A DNA stretch of 64,000 nucleotides, from positions 23,926 to 87,925 of the forward strand of contig CAUQZB010000007.1 of the NCBI GenBank assembly GCA_963522835.1, in the 5' to 3' direction. Below are positions 1 to 8,610 of the stretch, piece after piece (the first letter of the stretch is position 1; each line of letters opens with the position of its first letter). Source of the stretch: an uncultured Candidatus Saccharibacteria bacterium (GTDB lineage: Bacteria > Patescibacteriota > Saccharimonadia > Saccharimonadales > Saccharimonadaceae). The notes beneath the pieces were generated by a model that saw only the letters and a program-made list of their open reading frames with translations, had not been told where the DNA came from and did no database searches. Both the position numbers and the translations under genes were made by a program.

Positions 1-360
1 TTCAAGTAGCTTGCTCGCATCTTGGCTGCCACTCGTCCTAAGCTGATCTTTACGCATTTCTAGCACAAGACTCGTCACTCGTGCAGTATAGAGTATATTC
101 TCACGATAAATTGCTTCTGGGGATACCGTCTTACCCTTATTCTCATCCCTTGTCGTGCCATTATATTCATTCAAAGCAGCAGAAACACCGGCTAATGCCG
201 ATGCAATTCTATCCGCTTGCCGTTCCTCCATAAGCTCAGCATAAGACTTAATACCCGAGCGATTCTCTCCTGGTTGTGGTTTTTGCTCCTGCGCAAAATC
301 GCCCTTGCTGACGGGCTTTTGTTTTGTGTGATCTATTGGAAAGAAACTCTCACCGCTCAT
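1..360 (-). CDS. hypothetical protein, N-terminal part only (gene runs off the left edge of the window)
   Basis: The minus-strand frame is open for 120 codons from the ATG at 360-358 to position 1 (MSGESFFPIDHTKQKPVSKGDFAQEQKPQPGEN...). I checked triplet by triplet and found no stop. Its ATG overlaps the TGA of the upstream TatD gene in an ATGA arrangement. No family recognised. Confidence 0.4.
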   Translation of the reverse strand, partial: MSGESFFPIDHTKQKPVSKGDFAQEQKPQPGENRSGIKSYAELMEERQADRIASALAGVSAALNEYNGTTRDENKGKTVSPEAIYRENILYTARVTSLVLEMRKDQLRTSGSQDASKLLE

Positions 361-1205
361 ATATCAAATAACCTTTGTACATTTGCCGTTGTGGTGGTAG
401 CGATGCGCGCGATAGGCAAACCTTTCTTGGCTGCTTGGTCACGGGCTACCTCCTCCACATAAGCCGGTAGGTTGATTCTACCACGGAAGGGTACCGGAGT
501 CAAGAAGGGAGCGTCGGTCTCAAGCAGTATTGCATCGAGTGGGAGATCGGTATAGAGCTGCTGCTGAACACTGTCTTTTGTAAAGGTGCTGATGCCATTG
601 ACGCCAATAAATAAGCCGCGAGCACGGCCCTGCTCAAGCTGCGCCTGAGTATCGGTAAAGCTGTGCAGAACGCCGCGCACTGGCTGAGCATCGTAGATAG
701 GCCAAAAGTCCTGCCACACTACGCCGCGTGCTTGTTTTTCGTCACGCACGTGGAAGCTAACGGGCAGCTGAAACTCCGCCGCAAGCTGCAGCTGCGCCTG
801 GAGGCACTGCTGCTGCGCTGGGCGAGCGCTATTGTCATAAAAATAATCTAGACCAATCTCCCCCACCCCGACAATGACGGGCCGACCCTGCCGTAGTGGC
901 TTTTCAGCGAGGAGCTCACGAATGGCTGTAATACCCGCTTCGCCCGCTGCTTCGGCATCATGGGGATGAATACCCACCGCCGCATAACAGTGATCGCGCG
1001 CCATGGCAAACTGCACCGCCTGGCGCGAGCTGCGCACATCCGTCCCGACGCAGATCATGGCAATGCCAGCCTGGACAGCCTGCTGGTAGGCTGCCTCGCG
1101 TGCTGCATCGTCGTAGAACTCGCTATCGTGTAGGTGGCAGTGCGAGTCGATGAGACGCGGCATGGGTGGCGTGCTGCCAAGAGTATGTGTCGTATCACTT
1201 GTCAT
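357..1205 (-). CDS. tatD: TatD-family metal-dependent hydrolase/DNase
   Basis: The N-terminal LIDSHCHLHDSEF motif, GEIGLDY and HSF/LLETDAPFL motifs are typical of TatD/YabD. AAAGGAG lies 6 nt upstream of the ATG at 1205. The gene follows metG directly, as in Bacillus and Mycobacterium. Confidence 0.85.
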   Translation of the reverse strand: MTSDTTHTLGSTPPMPRLIDSHCHLHDSEFYDDAAREAAYQQAVQAGIAMICVGTDVRSSRQAVQFAMARDHCYAAVGIHPHDAEAAGEAGITAIRELLAEKPLRQGRPVIVGVGEIGLDYFYDNSARPAQQQCLQAQLQLAAEFQLPVSFHVRDEKQARGVVWQDFWPIYDAQPVRGVLHSFTDTQAQLEQGRARGLFIGVNGISTFTKDSVQQQLYTDLPLDAILLETDAPFLTPVPFRGRINLPAYVEEVARDQAAKKGLPIARIATTTTANVQRLFDI

Positions 1206-1220
1206 AGCTTACTCCTTTGT

Positions 1221-2717
1221 TTATGAGGCTGTGCGAGCTCGTGGGTCGGGGGTATGAATGTAGCGCTTCGGGAACAGTGGTGGGACGTCGGCTGGCACGA
1301 CGCCAGTGCCAAAGATAGTGTGGATGGCCTGAGCAGTAGCAGGCATGAATGGCACAAGCTCATCGGCAATCTGCAGCAACGTACTGGCCGCATAGGCTAA
1401 GACTTCGCTCAGGTGCGACTCGGCATCGTGGTCGGTCGCGCGGCGCTTGGCGATCTCCCATGGCTTGACCCGCTCAAGGTATTGGTTGAGGCTACGGACG
1501 GAGCTCCATACTTCATCGAGTGCTTTATCAAACTCCAGTCGCTGCATCATGTCGCGGTAGATGGTCATATCGTGCTCGGCTTGCGGCGCATCGCCAATCA
1601 CTCCTGCTTGGTAGCGTGTCAGCATAGCTGCCACCCGCTGCACAAGGTTGCCGAGGTCATTACCGAGCTCGCCGTTGTACGCTTTCTCAAATTTCTCCCA
1701 GGTGAAATCTCCATCGTCTTGGGTAGGAATATGACGAGCAAAGAAATAGCGGAAGGCATCAGCCCCATAGCTCTGGATAATTTCCATTGGGTCGACCACA
1801 TTGCCGACTGTTTTGCTCATCTTACTACCTCCAACGTGAACGAAGCCGTGGACGAGTAGTGTCTTAGGTAGTGGGAGATCAAGCCCGAGCAGCATAGCGG
1901 GCCAGATCCCCGCGTGGAAGCGCAAAATATCCTTGCCAATGACTTGCACATCGGCTGGCCAATACGCCTGCCACTCGGCCTTATCTGGATAGCCCAGTAC
2001 CGTAATGTAGTTAGCTAAGGCATCAAGCCAGACGTACATCACTTGGCTGTCGTCGCCTGGCACTGGCACGCCCCAGCTCAGTGTCTTACGCGGACGGCTA
2101 ATTGAGACATCTTGGACGCCATTTTTGATAAGCTCGAGGAACTCATTTTTGCGGAACTCGGGCACGATTTTCATCCGGCCTTCAGTGATGGCTTGGCGAA
2201 TCTGCTCGGTAAAGGCACTCGCTTTGAGGTAGTAGTTCTCCTCTGAGACGCGCTCATACGGCGTTTGGTGATCAGGGCATATGCCATTTGTCTCGTGGAC
2301 TTCCTTGTCGGTAAAGAATGCCTCATGCCCCACGCAATACCAGCCCTCATAGGTGTGCTTGTAGATCAGCCCCGCCTGAGCAAGCCGCTGCCAGATGTAC
2401 TGCACTGCTGCGACGTGGTGTGGGTCAGTCGTGCGGATAAAGTCAGTGTATTCTGCACCAACTGCCTCCATCAAGACTTTGAAGTTGCCATACATGCTGT
2501 CCACATAGCCCTGTGGGTCGAGCCCATTCGCCTGAGCCTTAGCAGCGATTTTATTGCCGTGTTCATCCGTGCCAACCTGGAAGCGTACCTCGTGGCCATT
2601 TTGCTTCTGATAGCGCGCCCAGATATCGGCCAGGAGATAGTCGAGCGCATTGCCAATATGCGGCTTACCGTTGACATAAGGAATAGCAGTGGTGATGTAG
2701 GCGTGTTGTTTGGTCAT
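1221..2717 (-). CDS. metG: methionine--tRNA ligase
   Basis: Class I aaRS motifs are present: PYVNGKPHIGN (HIGH) and KMSKTVGN (KMSKS). Overall MetRS-like sequence. TATAAT at 2729-2724 lies 6 nt from the ATG. Confidence 0.95.
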   Translation of the reverse strand: MTKQHAYITTAIPYVNGKPHIGNALDYLLADIWARYQKQNGHEVRFQVGTDEHGNKIAAKAQANGLDPQGYVDSMYGNFKVLMEAVGAEYTDFIRTTDPHHVAAVQYIWQRLAQAGLIYKHTYEGWYCVGHEAFFTDKEVHETNGICPDHQTPYERVSEENYYLKASAFTEQIRQAITEGRMKIVPEFRKNEFLELIKNGVQDVSISRPRKTLSWGVPVPGDDSQVMYVWLDALANYITVLGYPDKAEWQAYWPADVQVIGKDILRFHAGIWPAMLLGLDLPLPKTLLVHGFVHVGGSKMSKTVGNVVDPMEIIQSYGADAFRYFFARHIPTQDDGDFTWEKFEKAYNGELGNDLGNLVQRVAAMLTRYQAGVIGDAPQAEHDMTIYRDMMQRLEFDKALDEVWSSVRSLNQYLERVKPWEIAKRRATDHDAESHLSEVLAYAASTLLQIADELVPFMPATAQAIHTIFGTGVVPADVPPLFPKRYIHTPDPRARTAS

Positions 2718-2741
2718 AGGGGTATTATAGCATGAGGTGAG

Positions 2742-3803
2742 TTAGGGTGTCTTGGGCTGCTGCCGCTTGGCAATATCAATCAGCACATAGAGCTTATCCG
2801 TGCTCTGCATCAGGGTGATGGTGTCGTCCTGGTCGGTCATCCAGACGGTTGAGATAGCAAGACCTTCTGCGGCATGCTCGGCTTCGTCTACTTCATCGTC
2901 TGGCTCACCCCAGGCTGTTTGCCCAGCCTGCACATATTGGCGGTAGAGGTCGAGGCATTCTGCCGTGGGTGAACCATTAGCAAACCATACGACGACCATC
3001 GATACAGCACCACCTTCGCTCGACACCATAACGCGCAGCGGCCCATCATAATACCACCAGGTATTTTCCTCTTGCTTCATGAGCTGCCAGCCCTGGCTCT
3101 GCATTGTGGTATCAAGCTGCTGCAAAGACAGGGGCCATGACTGACGCTTGATGCGATCGATCCAGGCGGTGAATTGCTCTGGAGAGAAGTATGTCTCCTC
3201 ATGTAGCTCACTCTCCAGGCGCGGTAATGGATCAGGGCCAGGATAGGGACGAATCGTGCGCGGGCGGCGGGCACCATCGGACGGTGCACCAGTTTGCTCA
3301 CTGACAAGGACAAACATGATTGTCTTGTCCTCCTCATTGAGGTTGATACTAACGTACTCCCGCGAAGCTGGTGTTTGTGGAGCAAAACCCTTCCACACCG
3401 TACCAGTGAGATAACCCGTGTGTCGTACATCGGTCGGCCAGCCCCAGGCAGTGATACCTGCCGCACAGTACTCATCGTATAGTGTGCGGCACGCGTCTGC
3501 TGGTAATTGGTGAATTACATCGATGACTGGGCTACTCGCCACCGACGTTACAACGTCATTTTCTATTGTAGCAAGCAATGGCATGTGACCATCATAGTGC
3601 ATACACTGCTCGTGCCCTGTCTGCGGCTCTTGCTCACGTGGCTTGACGAGCTGCCAACCCAGCTCTTGGATGAGACTATCGTACACCTCATACGTCATTG
3701 GCCAGGGGAGTTTGCGAAGTGCATTAATGAGCGAGACAAGACGTGCGCCGTCAATCGGCGTGGGCTTGTCAGATGACTGAGTTGATGATTGGTCTGCCGG
3801 CAT
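2742..3803 (-). CDS. hypothetical protein with an internally duplicated ~150-aa domain (WP..GW..AWG motifs)
   Basis: Intact 353-codon ORF. The two halves share LPWPMTYEVYDSLIQELGWQL / QSWPLSLQQLDTTMQSQGWQL and GITAWGWPTD / GQTAWGEPDD. The same motifs occur in ORF 52187..52651. Confidence 0.6.
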   Translation of the reverse strand: MPADQSSTQSSDKPTPIDGARLVSLINALRKLPWPMTYEVYDSLIQELGWQLVKPREQEPQTGHEQCMHYDGHMPLLATIENDVVTSVASSPVIDVIHQLPADACRTLYDEYCAAGITAWGWPTDVRHTGYLTGTVWKGFAPQTPASREYVSINLNEEDKTIMFVLVSEQTGAPSDGARRPRTIRPYPGPDPLPRLESELHEETYFSPEQFTAWIDRIKRQSWPLSLQQLDTTMQSQGWQLMKQEENTWWYYDGPLRVMVSSEGGAVSMVVVWFANGSPTAECLDLYRQYVQAGQTAWGEPDDEVDEAEHAAEGLAISTVWMTDQDDTITLMQSTDKLYVLIDIAKRQQPKTP

Positions 3804-3902
3804 AGTACCTCGTATTTTTACTTATGGTATATCTCTTTGGAAGATAAGAGTATTCGTATCGTACCACGTTTTGTTATAACGTGCTACCATTCAGTCATAT
3901 TA

Positions 3903-3932
3903 TTGACAAAGCTGCAATCTATCATGTATAAT
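3903..3932 (+). promoter_or_regulatory. sigma70-like promoter (TTGACA-18 nt-TATAAT)
   Basis: TTGACA at 3903-3908 and TATAAT at 3927-3932, 13 nt upstream of the ATG at 3946. Confidence 0.55.
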
Positions 3933-3945
3933 ACATTACTCTATT

Positions 3946-4269
3946 ATGGAACATCGCTCATCATCCTACTTTCCCGAGCACTACTCGCCCACCGACCAGC
4001 GAGAGATCGAGAGCTGGACGCGTGAAAAAGGGCTCTTTACCCCAGCGCCGGCGGGGTATCTGCTCCGCACGACTGTTGCTGAGCAGCTCCATGTGACGCA
4101 CGCGACAATTAATCACGTTATTAAGACCCTTGGCATAACACTCGAGCAATATCGTGCGTGGCGTCAAAATGGCCAGCCATCTCACAAGCGAGGCTACCAC
4201 CTCTCGCCTCGGCAAGCCAAGCAAGTCGCAGCTTACCTGGGGCGATCACTTGGTGCAACGGTTCACTAA
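3946..4269 (+). CDS. small hypothetical protein with a helix-turn-helix-like segment
   Basis: 107-codon ORF behind a consensus promoter. TVAEQLHVTHATINHVIKTLGI resembles an HTH. It is followed by ...KRGYHLSPRQAKQVAAYL, a module that repeats in the next gene. Confidence 0.5.
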   Translation: MEHRSSSYFPEHYSPTDQREIESWTREKGLFTPAPAGYLLRTTVAEQLHVTHATINHVIKTLGITLEQYRAWRQNGQPSHKRGYHLSPRQAKQVAAYLGRSLGATVH

Positions 4270-4311
4270 ACACTTAGGCTCGACACACGCTCCCACTACC
4301 TATGCTATAGT

Positions 4312-5343
4312 ATGGTAATGCATATGGAAAAACCCCAGCAATCAGCACAATTACCCGAGATATTTGACAGTCATACTGCTCAAGTAGAAAAGCTCAACGA
4401 CTTGCACAAACTTCTGCGCTTTTTGCTTGAGAATGATCTCGGCCTTTCTACTCACGACCCGGCGCAGGCCTATATGTCACAACATATTCAAGAGACATCT
4501 GCATCGCAGCAACTCCTTCGCTTTATTGCAACCATCCAACCACATGACACCCAGCCTGCTCGTACCGTTATCACCTATCCAGATGTTGCTTTTGTCTTTG
4601 ATACTCCAGCTGTAGAACAAGCCATGCAGACTCAGGGCAATAGCTATCAACCATTGCACGAGTATAGAAAACACGATCTTGCTGAGCTCGTGCAAGATGA
4701 GACCTGTGGTGTTGCTCTATCGACTGATCATCATTTTGCCTGGTATATGTATGATGCACTCACGAGCCCACTTGCTGATGTGCACCAGCGTATCGCTGCC
4801 GACCAGACTAACAACAACTGGCTCCATGGCATCTATCATCATAGCCCAGAGCCACTTATATCTGTTGGCCAGGCTTCTCGCCACCTTGATATAACACCGT
4901 ATGCGGTCGAGAAAGCGTTGAGGAATCCTCAGGTCATCCAGAAGATCGGCGAGATCGTTGTCGCTCCACGCGGCAATTCGATGCGCCCATTCATCACACC
5001 CAAACAACTTCTGAGCCTCCAAGAGCATCTTCGCCCCCACAACGCTGATACCCATACGCTCCTCCCTCCACAGGAAGAAGAAATGACCTGCCCGCAACTT
5101 GCCAGAGCACTTGGTGTACACGACATGACAGTGCGACGAGCTATTGCCGCCCTTAATCAAGAGAAATCCGAGGGTGAGGATAGTCTGACTGGCACAACGC
5201 GTAAAGAGCAAGGTCGACGCCCAACCGTATATTATTCACCTGAGCAGCAGGTACGCATCCTCGCCAAGCTTCAAGAGAAAGGCTATTCTGTGTTAGCAAA
5301 GCTGCGTGATAAGCTGGGCGAAGACCTCACGCATAAAGATTAA
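4312..5343 (+). CDS. hypothetical protein with two HTH-like modules
   Basis: 343-codon ORF. The two modules are ISVGQASRHLDITPYAVEKAL...RPFITPKQLLSLQEHL and MTCPQLARALGVHDMTVRRAIAAL...RPTVYYSPEQQVRILAKL. TATAGT at 4306-4311 sits immediately before the first ATG, so ATG 4318 or 4324 may be the real start. Confidence 0.55.
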   Translation: MVMHMEKPQQSAQLPEIFDSHTAQVEKLNDLHKLLRFLLENDLGLSTHDPAQAYMSQHIQETSASQQLLRFIATIQPHDTQPARTVITYPDVAFVFDTPAVEQAMQTQGNSYQPLHEYRKHDLAELVQDETCGVALSTDHHFAWYMYDALTSPLADVHQRIAADQTNNNWLHGIYHHSPEPLISVGQASRHLDITPYAVEKALRNPQVIQKIGEIVVAPRGNSMRPFITPKQLLSLQEHLRPHNADTHTLLPPQEEEMTCPQLARALGVHDMTVRRAIAALNQEKSEGEDSLTGTTRKEQGRRPTVYYSPEQQVRILAKLQEKGYSVLAKLRDKLGEDLTHKD

Positions 5344-5521
5344 AAATGCTACAATAATAGCTAGTATGACTGTACGACTCAGCGCGACACAAATGCAACC
5401 CAGAAATATCCCAGAAGAACCAACAGCCCTCTCTCATACACCAACACTGCTGGATTTATATGCAATATTAAAGCAGTTAAGAAATCAGCCGGGGCATCAC
5501 TAACTTATGTGGTATAAGTAA

Positions 5522-5869
5522 CTACTTCCCTGTGATACGCACAAATATCATCTCATGTTCGTCTGGCCCTGGGTTGTGGATCTTGTGCTGCGTATCGGGT
5601 GGAAAGATAAAGACGTCTCCTGGATTGTAGGTATATGTGCCATCTGCGTCAGACACCTCACCACTGCCCTTGAGGACGATCATTGTCTCTTCGACACCAG
5701 GGTGATCATGCCAGTCAAAGGTCGCACCTGCAGGCAACCAACCATGGGTGATTGCCTCGCAATATGGGCTTGTGGCGTGCTCAGCCGACACATAGACTTT
5801 GCGTGCTCCACTGCCGCCATGGGCAGATTCTTTGGGGATGGTGGTTGCTGGACGTTTGATGATGCGCAT
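5522..5869 (-). CDS. cupin domain protein
   Basis: Two cupin motifs are present: WHDHPGVEETMIVLKGSG and GDVFIFPPDTQHKIHNPG. GAAGGAG lies 6 nt upstream of the ATG. Confidence 0.75.
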   Translation of the reverse strand: MRIIKRPATTIPKESAHGGSGARKVYVSAEHATSPYCEAITHGWLPAGATFDWHDHPGVEETMIVLKGSGEVSDADGTYTYNPGDVFIFPPDTQHKIHNPGPDEHEMIFVRITGK

Positions 5870-5889
5870 GGGTTGCTCCTTCTATTTAC

Positions 5890-6582
5890 TTATTGCTGCA
5901 GTTTTTGCTTATAGTAAAAGGCGTTTGCCTCGATCTCTTCCACCGTGTCTGGGAATTGCTGCACAAGCTGGGTGTGGCTCAGCTTCAGCACGGCATCTTG
6001 TGGGCTGAGCTCAGATGCAGCCAGGGCTTGGCGCACATATTCGCGAATGTGCCAATACTGCTGGCCATCCTTAATAAGCTGCTCCCTTGGTGCACTGAGC
6101 GCACCAACCATCATGCCTGTGGCAGTGCGGCTCGCTTTTTTGAATATGGTGATGCCGACGGCGACAACCAGCAGCCACAGCCCAATAAGCAATACGATGG
6201 CGCTTTGCTTGGGGTTGCATATTGCCACCAGCACAAGCGCACCAGTTATACCGACGGCGATTTTGTGTCGCTGCACGAAGCTACTCTTCTCCCCTAGCTG
6301 CTGCGCGGCCTTCACATTGGAATCGAGCTCAGTAGGAAAGGGATATGACATCTCACTCAGCGCGCCACGTGCAATAATGTGCGAAATATCGTCGCGGACA
6401 ATTGGGTCAAAATGCTCTATGCGATAGTCGTCCTGTAGCTTCTTGGTCGATCCATCAATAATATCAACTGCCATAGCAACACCGGTTTGAGCCGCCATAT
6501 CTCCCAGCGTTACACCAGCCCCAATGCCAAACGAATTCTTAAACCATCCCATGATCATACTCCTTCTCTTGTATCCACCCAC
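5890..6582 (-). CDS. hypothetical membrane protein
   Basis: 230-codon ORF with a central pair of hydrophobic helices (IAVGITGALVLVAI..., AIVLLIGLWLLVVAVGITIF). No family recognised. The start may be an internal Met (MIMGWF...). Confidence 0.5.
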   Translation of the reverse strand: MGGYKRRSMIMGWFKNSFGIGAGVTLGDMAAQTGVAMAVDIIDGSTKKLQDDYRIEHFDPIVRDDISHIIARGALSEMSYPFPTELDSNVKAAQQLGEKSSFVQRHKIAVGITGALVLVAICNPKQSAIVLLIGLWLLVVAVGITIFKKASRTATGMMVGALSAPREQLIKDGQQYWHIREYVRQALAASELSPQDAVLKLSHTQLVQQFPDTVEEIEANAFYYKQKLQQ

Positions 6583-6712
6583 GGTCGATTGATAGGCAAC
6601 CCTTTTCTTATCACAGAATAGCTGATGTAATTACATATTGCAAGGTATATGGGAGTAGCCGACGCAATCATACCGCGGAGGAGTTTGACATTCGGCTATC
6701 TGCAGATTGCCG

Positions 6713-7456
6713 TTAATCTTCTCGCATCATTGCTAGCACCGCAAACCGCCCACCAGTGTCACCCGCTGCGTGCGAGAAGTAGTCGGGGTTTATTACTGTA
6801 TCGACAGGCGAGATGTGGATATTGCGCGGCGCAATGCCCGCGCGCTGGCACGCAGCAGCATTAAAACCCGGCAGGTCAAGATGGATACCATCAGCTTCGT
6901 GCGAGCAAAAGGGTTGCCAAGCTGGGTTGGCCGCCTGGTCAAAATACTGCATGACGTAGCTCTGCCGCTGCGCGCTTGGGCTCATCCAGACAATGATATC
7001 CTCTGCCCGAGAGCCTTCGTGGACGAGGTGATCAATTGTCCGAACAAGCAGTGGTGAGAGTGTCGAATGCCGCCCCAGATGCAATAGCACGAGCACCCGT
7101 TGCACCGGATCATACAGCACCGTCGCCACGCAGTCAGCCACCGGCAACAGCAACCCCACTCCAGGCGAGCGCGTCACGAGGCCGTCCGCTACCATCTCCG
7201 CAGTGTGGCGAGTTGTCGCAGCGCTATCGACCTCGCAGAGCTGGTCATAGCTGCGGCCTACGCCATAGACAACCCGCTGATACACCACATCCGTATATGC
7301 GGCCCCGCTCGCCTGACAAAAGGCCTGTCGGTGTGCCACTACCTGCGGGTGATGTATCTCACCTAACGTGCGGTCAAGCATTGTGCCATCACTGCTTGAC
7401 GACACGCTAACGAGGAGTTCTGATGGGAAGCAGGTAGGTTGATCAGCCCGGATCAT
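6713..7456 (-). CDS. pgeF: YfiH/PgeF-family (DUF152, laccase-domain) protein
   Basis: LLLPVADCVATVLYDP...VLLHLGRHS matches the ADC...H.G..G core of the YfiH/PgeF family. I chose the ATG at 7456-7454 because it forms an ATGA overlap with the rsmA stop. The ORF track extends to 7489. Confidence 0.7.
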   Translation of the reverse strand: MIRADQPTCFPSELLVSVSSSSDGTMLDRTLGEIHHPQVVAHRQAFCQASGAAYTDVVYQRVVYGVGRSYDQLCEVDSAATTRHTAEMVADGLVTRSPGVGLLLPVADCVATVLYDPVQRVLVLLHLGRHSTLSPLLVRTIDHLVHEGSRAEDIIVWMSPSAQRQSYVMQYFDQAANPAWQPFCSHEADGIHLDLPGFNAAACQRAGIAPRNIHISPVDTVINPDYFSHAAGDTGGRFAVLAMMRED

Positions 7457-8235
7457 TGCGCGCGCCACTCTTGCATAATAGCGAGCCACTGGGCAATCGA
7501 CACATCCTCCGCCCGCCAGTCTGGCGAGATACCAGCGCGCTGCAACATCACCTCGACCGCTACCTTATCCAGCGCGAAGCCTGCCGCCAGTGCACTGCGC
7601 AGCTTCTTGCGCTTGGCCACAAAACCCGCCCGCACCACGCGGAAGAAGTCCTTCTCGTCCGCTGGCGACACGAGAGGCTGAGCACGCGTCTCGAGCACCA
7701 CCACCTGCGAGTCTACCTTAGGCGGTGGCACAAAGAACTGGCGTGGCACCACTGGGCCAAGCGTCGCCTCGGCATAGAGCTGAGCGCTCACTCCCAGCAG
7801 GCTCATTGCACCAGGCTGTGCGGCAATGCGCTCAGCTACTTCCTTCTGTACCAGCAGCACCGTGCGGCGCGGCTTATTCTCCGCCGTCAGCAGCTTTTGG
7901 ACAATCTTACTCGTAATGTAATATGGCACATTTGCTACCACGACATAGTCAGCAGGAAGCTGACTAAGGTTAAACTGCAGAATATCCTCATGCACCACCG
8001 TTAGTTGCTTGCCAGGGAATTGCCCTGGCAGCTTGCGCGCGAGGTCGGCGTCGTACTCTACCGCGGTTACTCTGCCCGCTCTGGCCAGGAGTCGGCTTGT
8101 CAATGTGCCCAGCCCCGGGCCAATCTCCAATACTGTATCATCAGGGGTCAGCGCTGCCGCATCGGCAATCGCCGCCAGCATATCCGGGTCTTTGAGCCAA
8201 TGCTGCCCTAGAGATTTTTTATTTTGTAATGCCAT
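7453..8235 (-). CDS. rsmA: 16S rRNA (adenine1518/1519-N6)-dimethyltransferase
   Basis: KKSLGQHWLKD N-terminus, SAM motif VLEIGPGLGTLT and NVPYYITS. TGgTATAAT (8251-8243) lies 7 nt upstream of the ATG. Confidence 0.92.
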   Translation of the reverse strand: MALQNKKSLGQHWLKDPDMLAAIADAAALTPDDTVLEIGPGLGTLTSRLLARAGRVTAVEYDADLARKLPGQFPGKQLTVVHEDILQFNLSQLPADYVVVANVPYYITSKIVQKLLTAENKPRRTVLLVQKEVAERIAAQPGAMSLLGVSAQLYAEATLGPVVPRQFFVPPPKVDSQVVVLETRAQPLVSPADEKDFFRVVRAGFVAKRKKLRSALAAGFALDKVAVEVMLQRAGISPDWRAEDVSIAQWLAIMQEWRAQ

Positions 8236-8312
8236 AGTATGTATTATACCAGGGTTAGCAATAGTATGCTCTGCATAACTGACTGACGCCTTCTATAGCC
8301 ATAACTTTTTTG

Positions 8313-8576
8313 TCATAATTCTTATATTCTATCTTCTCCTTCTTTATCTATTTATATCTTTATAACTTTCTTTATCTAATATCTATCTATTTCTATACCT
8401 ATCTCTATATATCTCTATAATTCTCTTTCTCTATATTTCTATATCTATATTCTTATCTCTATTTCTATTTATTTATCTTTCTATATATCTACACTATTCT
8501 CTATATCTCTCTATACATCCATATATCCATATCGATTTCTCTCCTATTATATATAAATATATAAAAGAATAGAAAA
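8313..8576. repeat. G-depleted low-complexity tract (T/C/A only on the + strand, one G at 8534)
   Basis: By direct reading, no G occurs in 8313-8533 (221 nt) or in 8535-8576 (42 nt). The tract is built from degenerate CTAT/ATCT/TTCT/TATA words with no fixed period. No ORF on either strand. Confidence 0.85.
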
Positions 8577-8610
8577 AGAGTCTGCTGTAACAGGGAAAAA
8601 ACAGGGTAAC

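Noticed and set aside
8280-8580. Possible CRISPR array or tandem repeat in the low-complexity region.
   Set aside because: There are no regularly spaced identical repeats of 24-40 bp separated by unique spacers, only degenerate 4-6-nt words. No cas genes are in the window.
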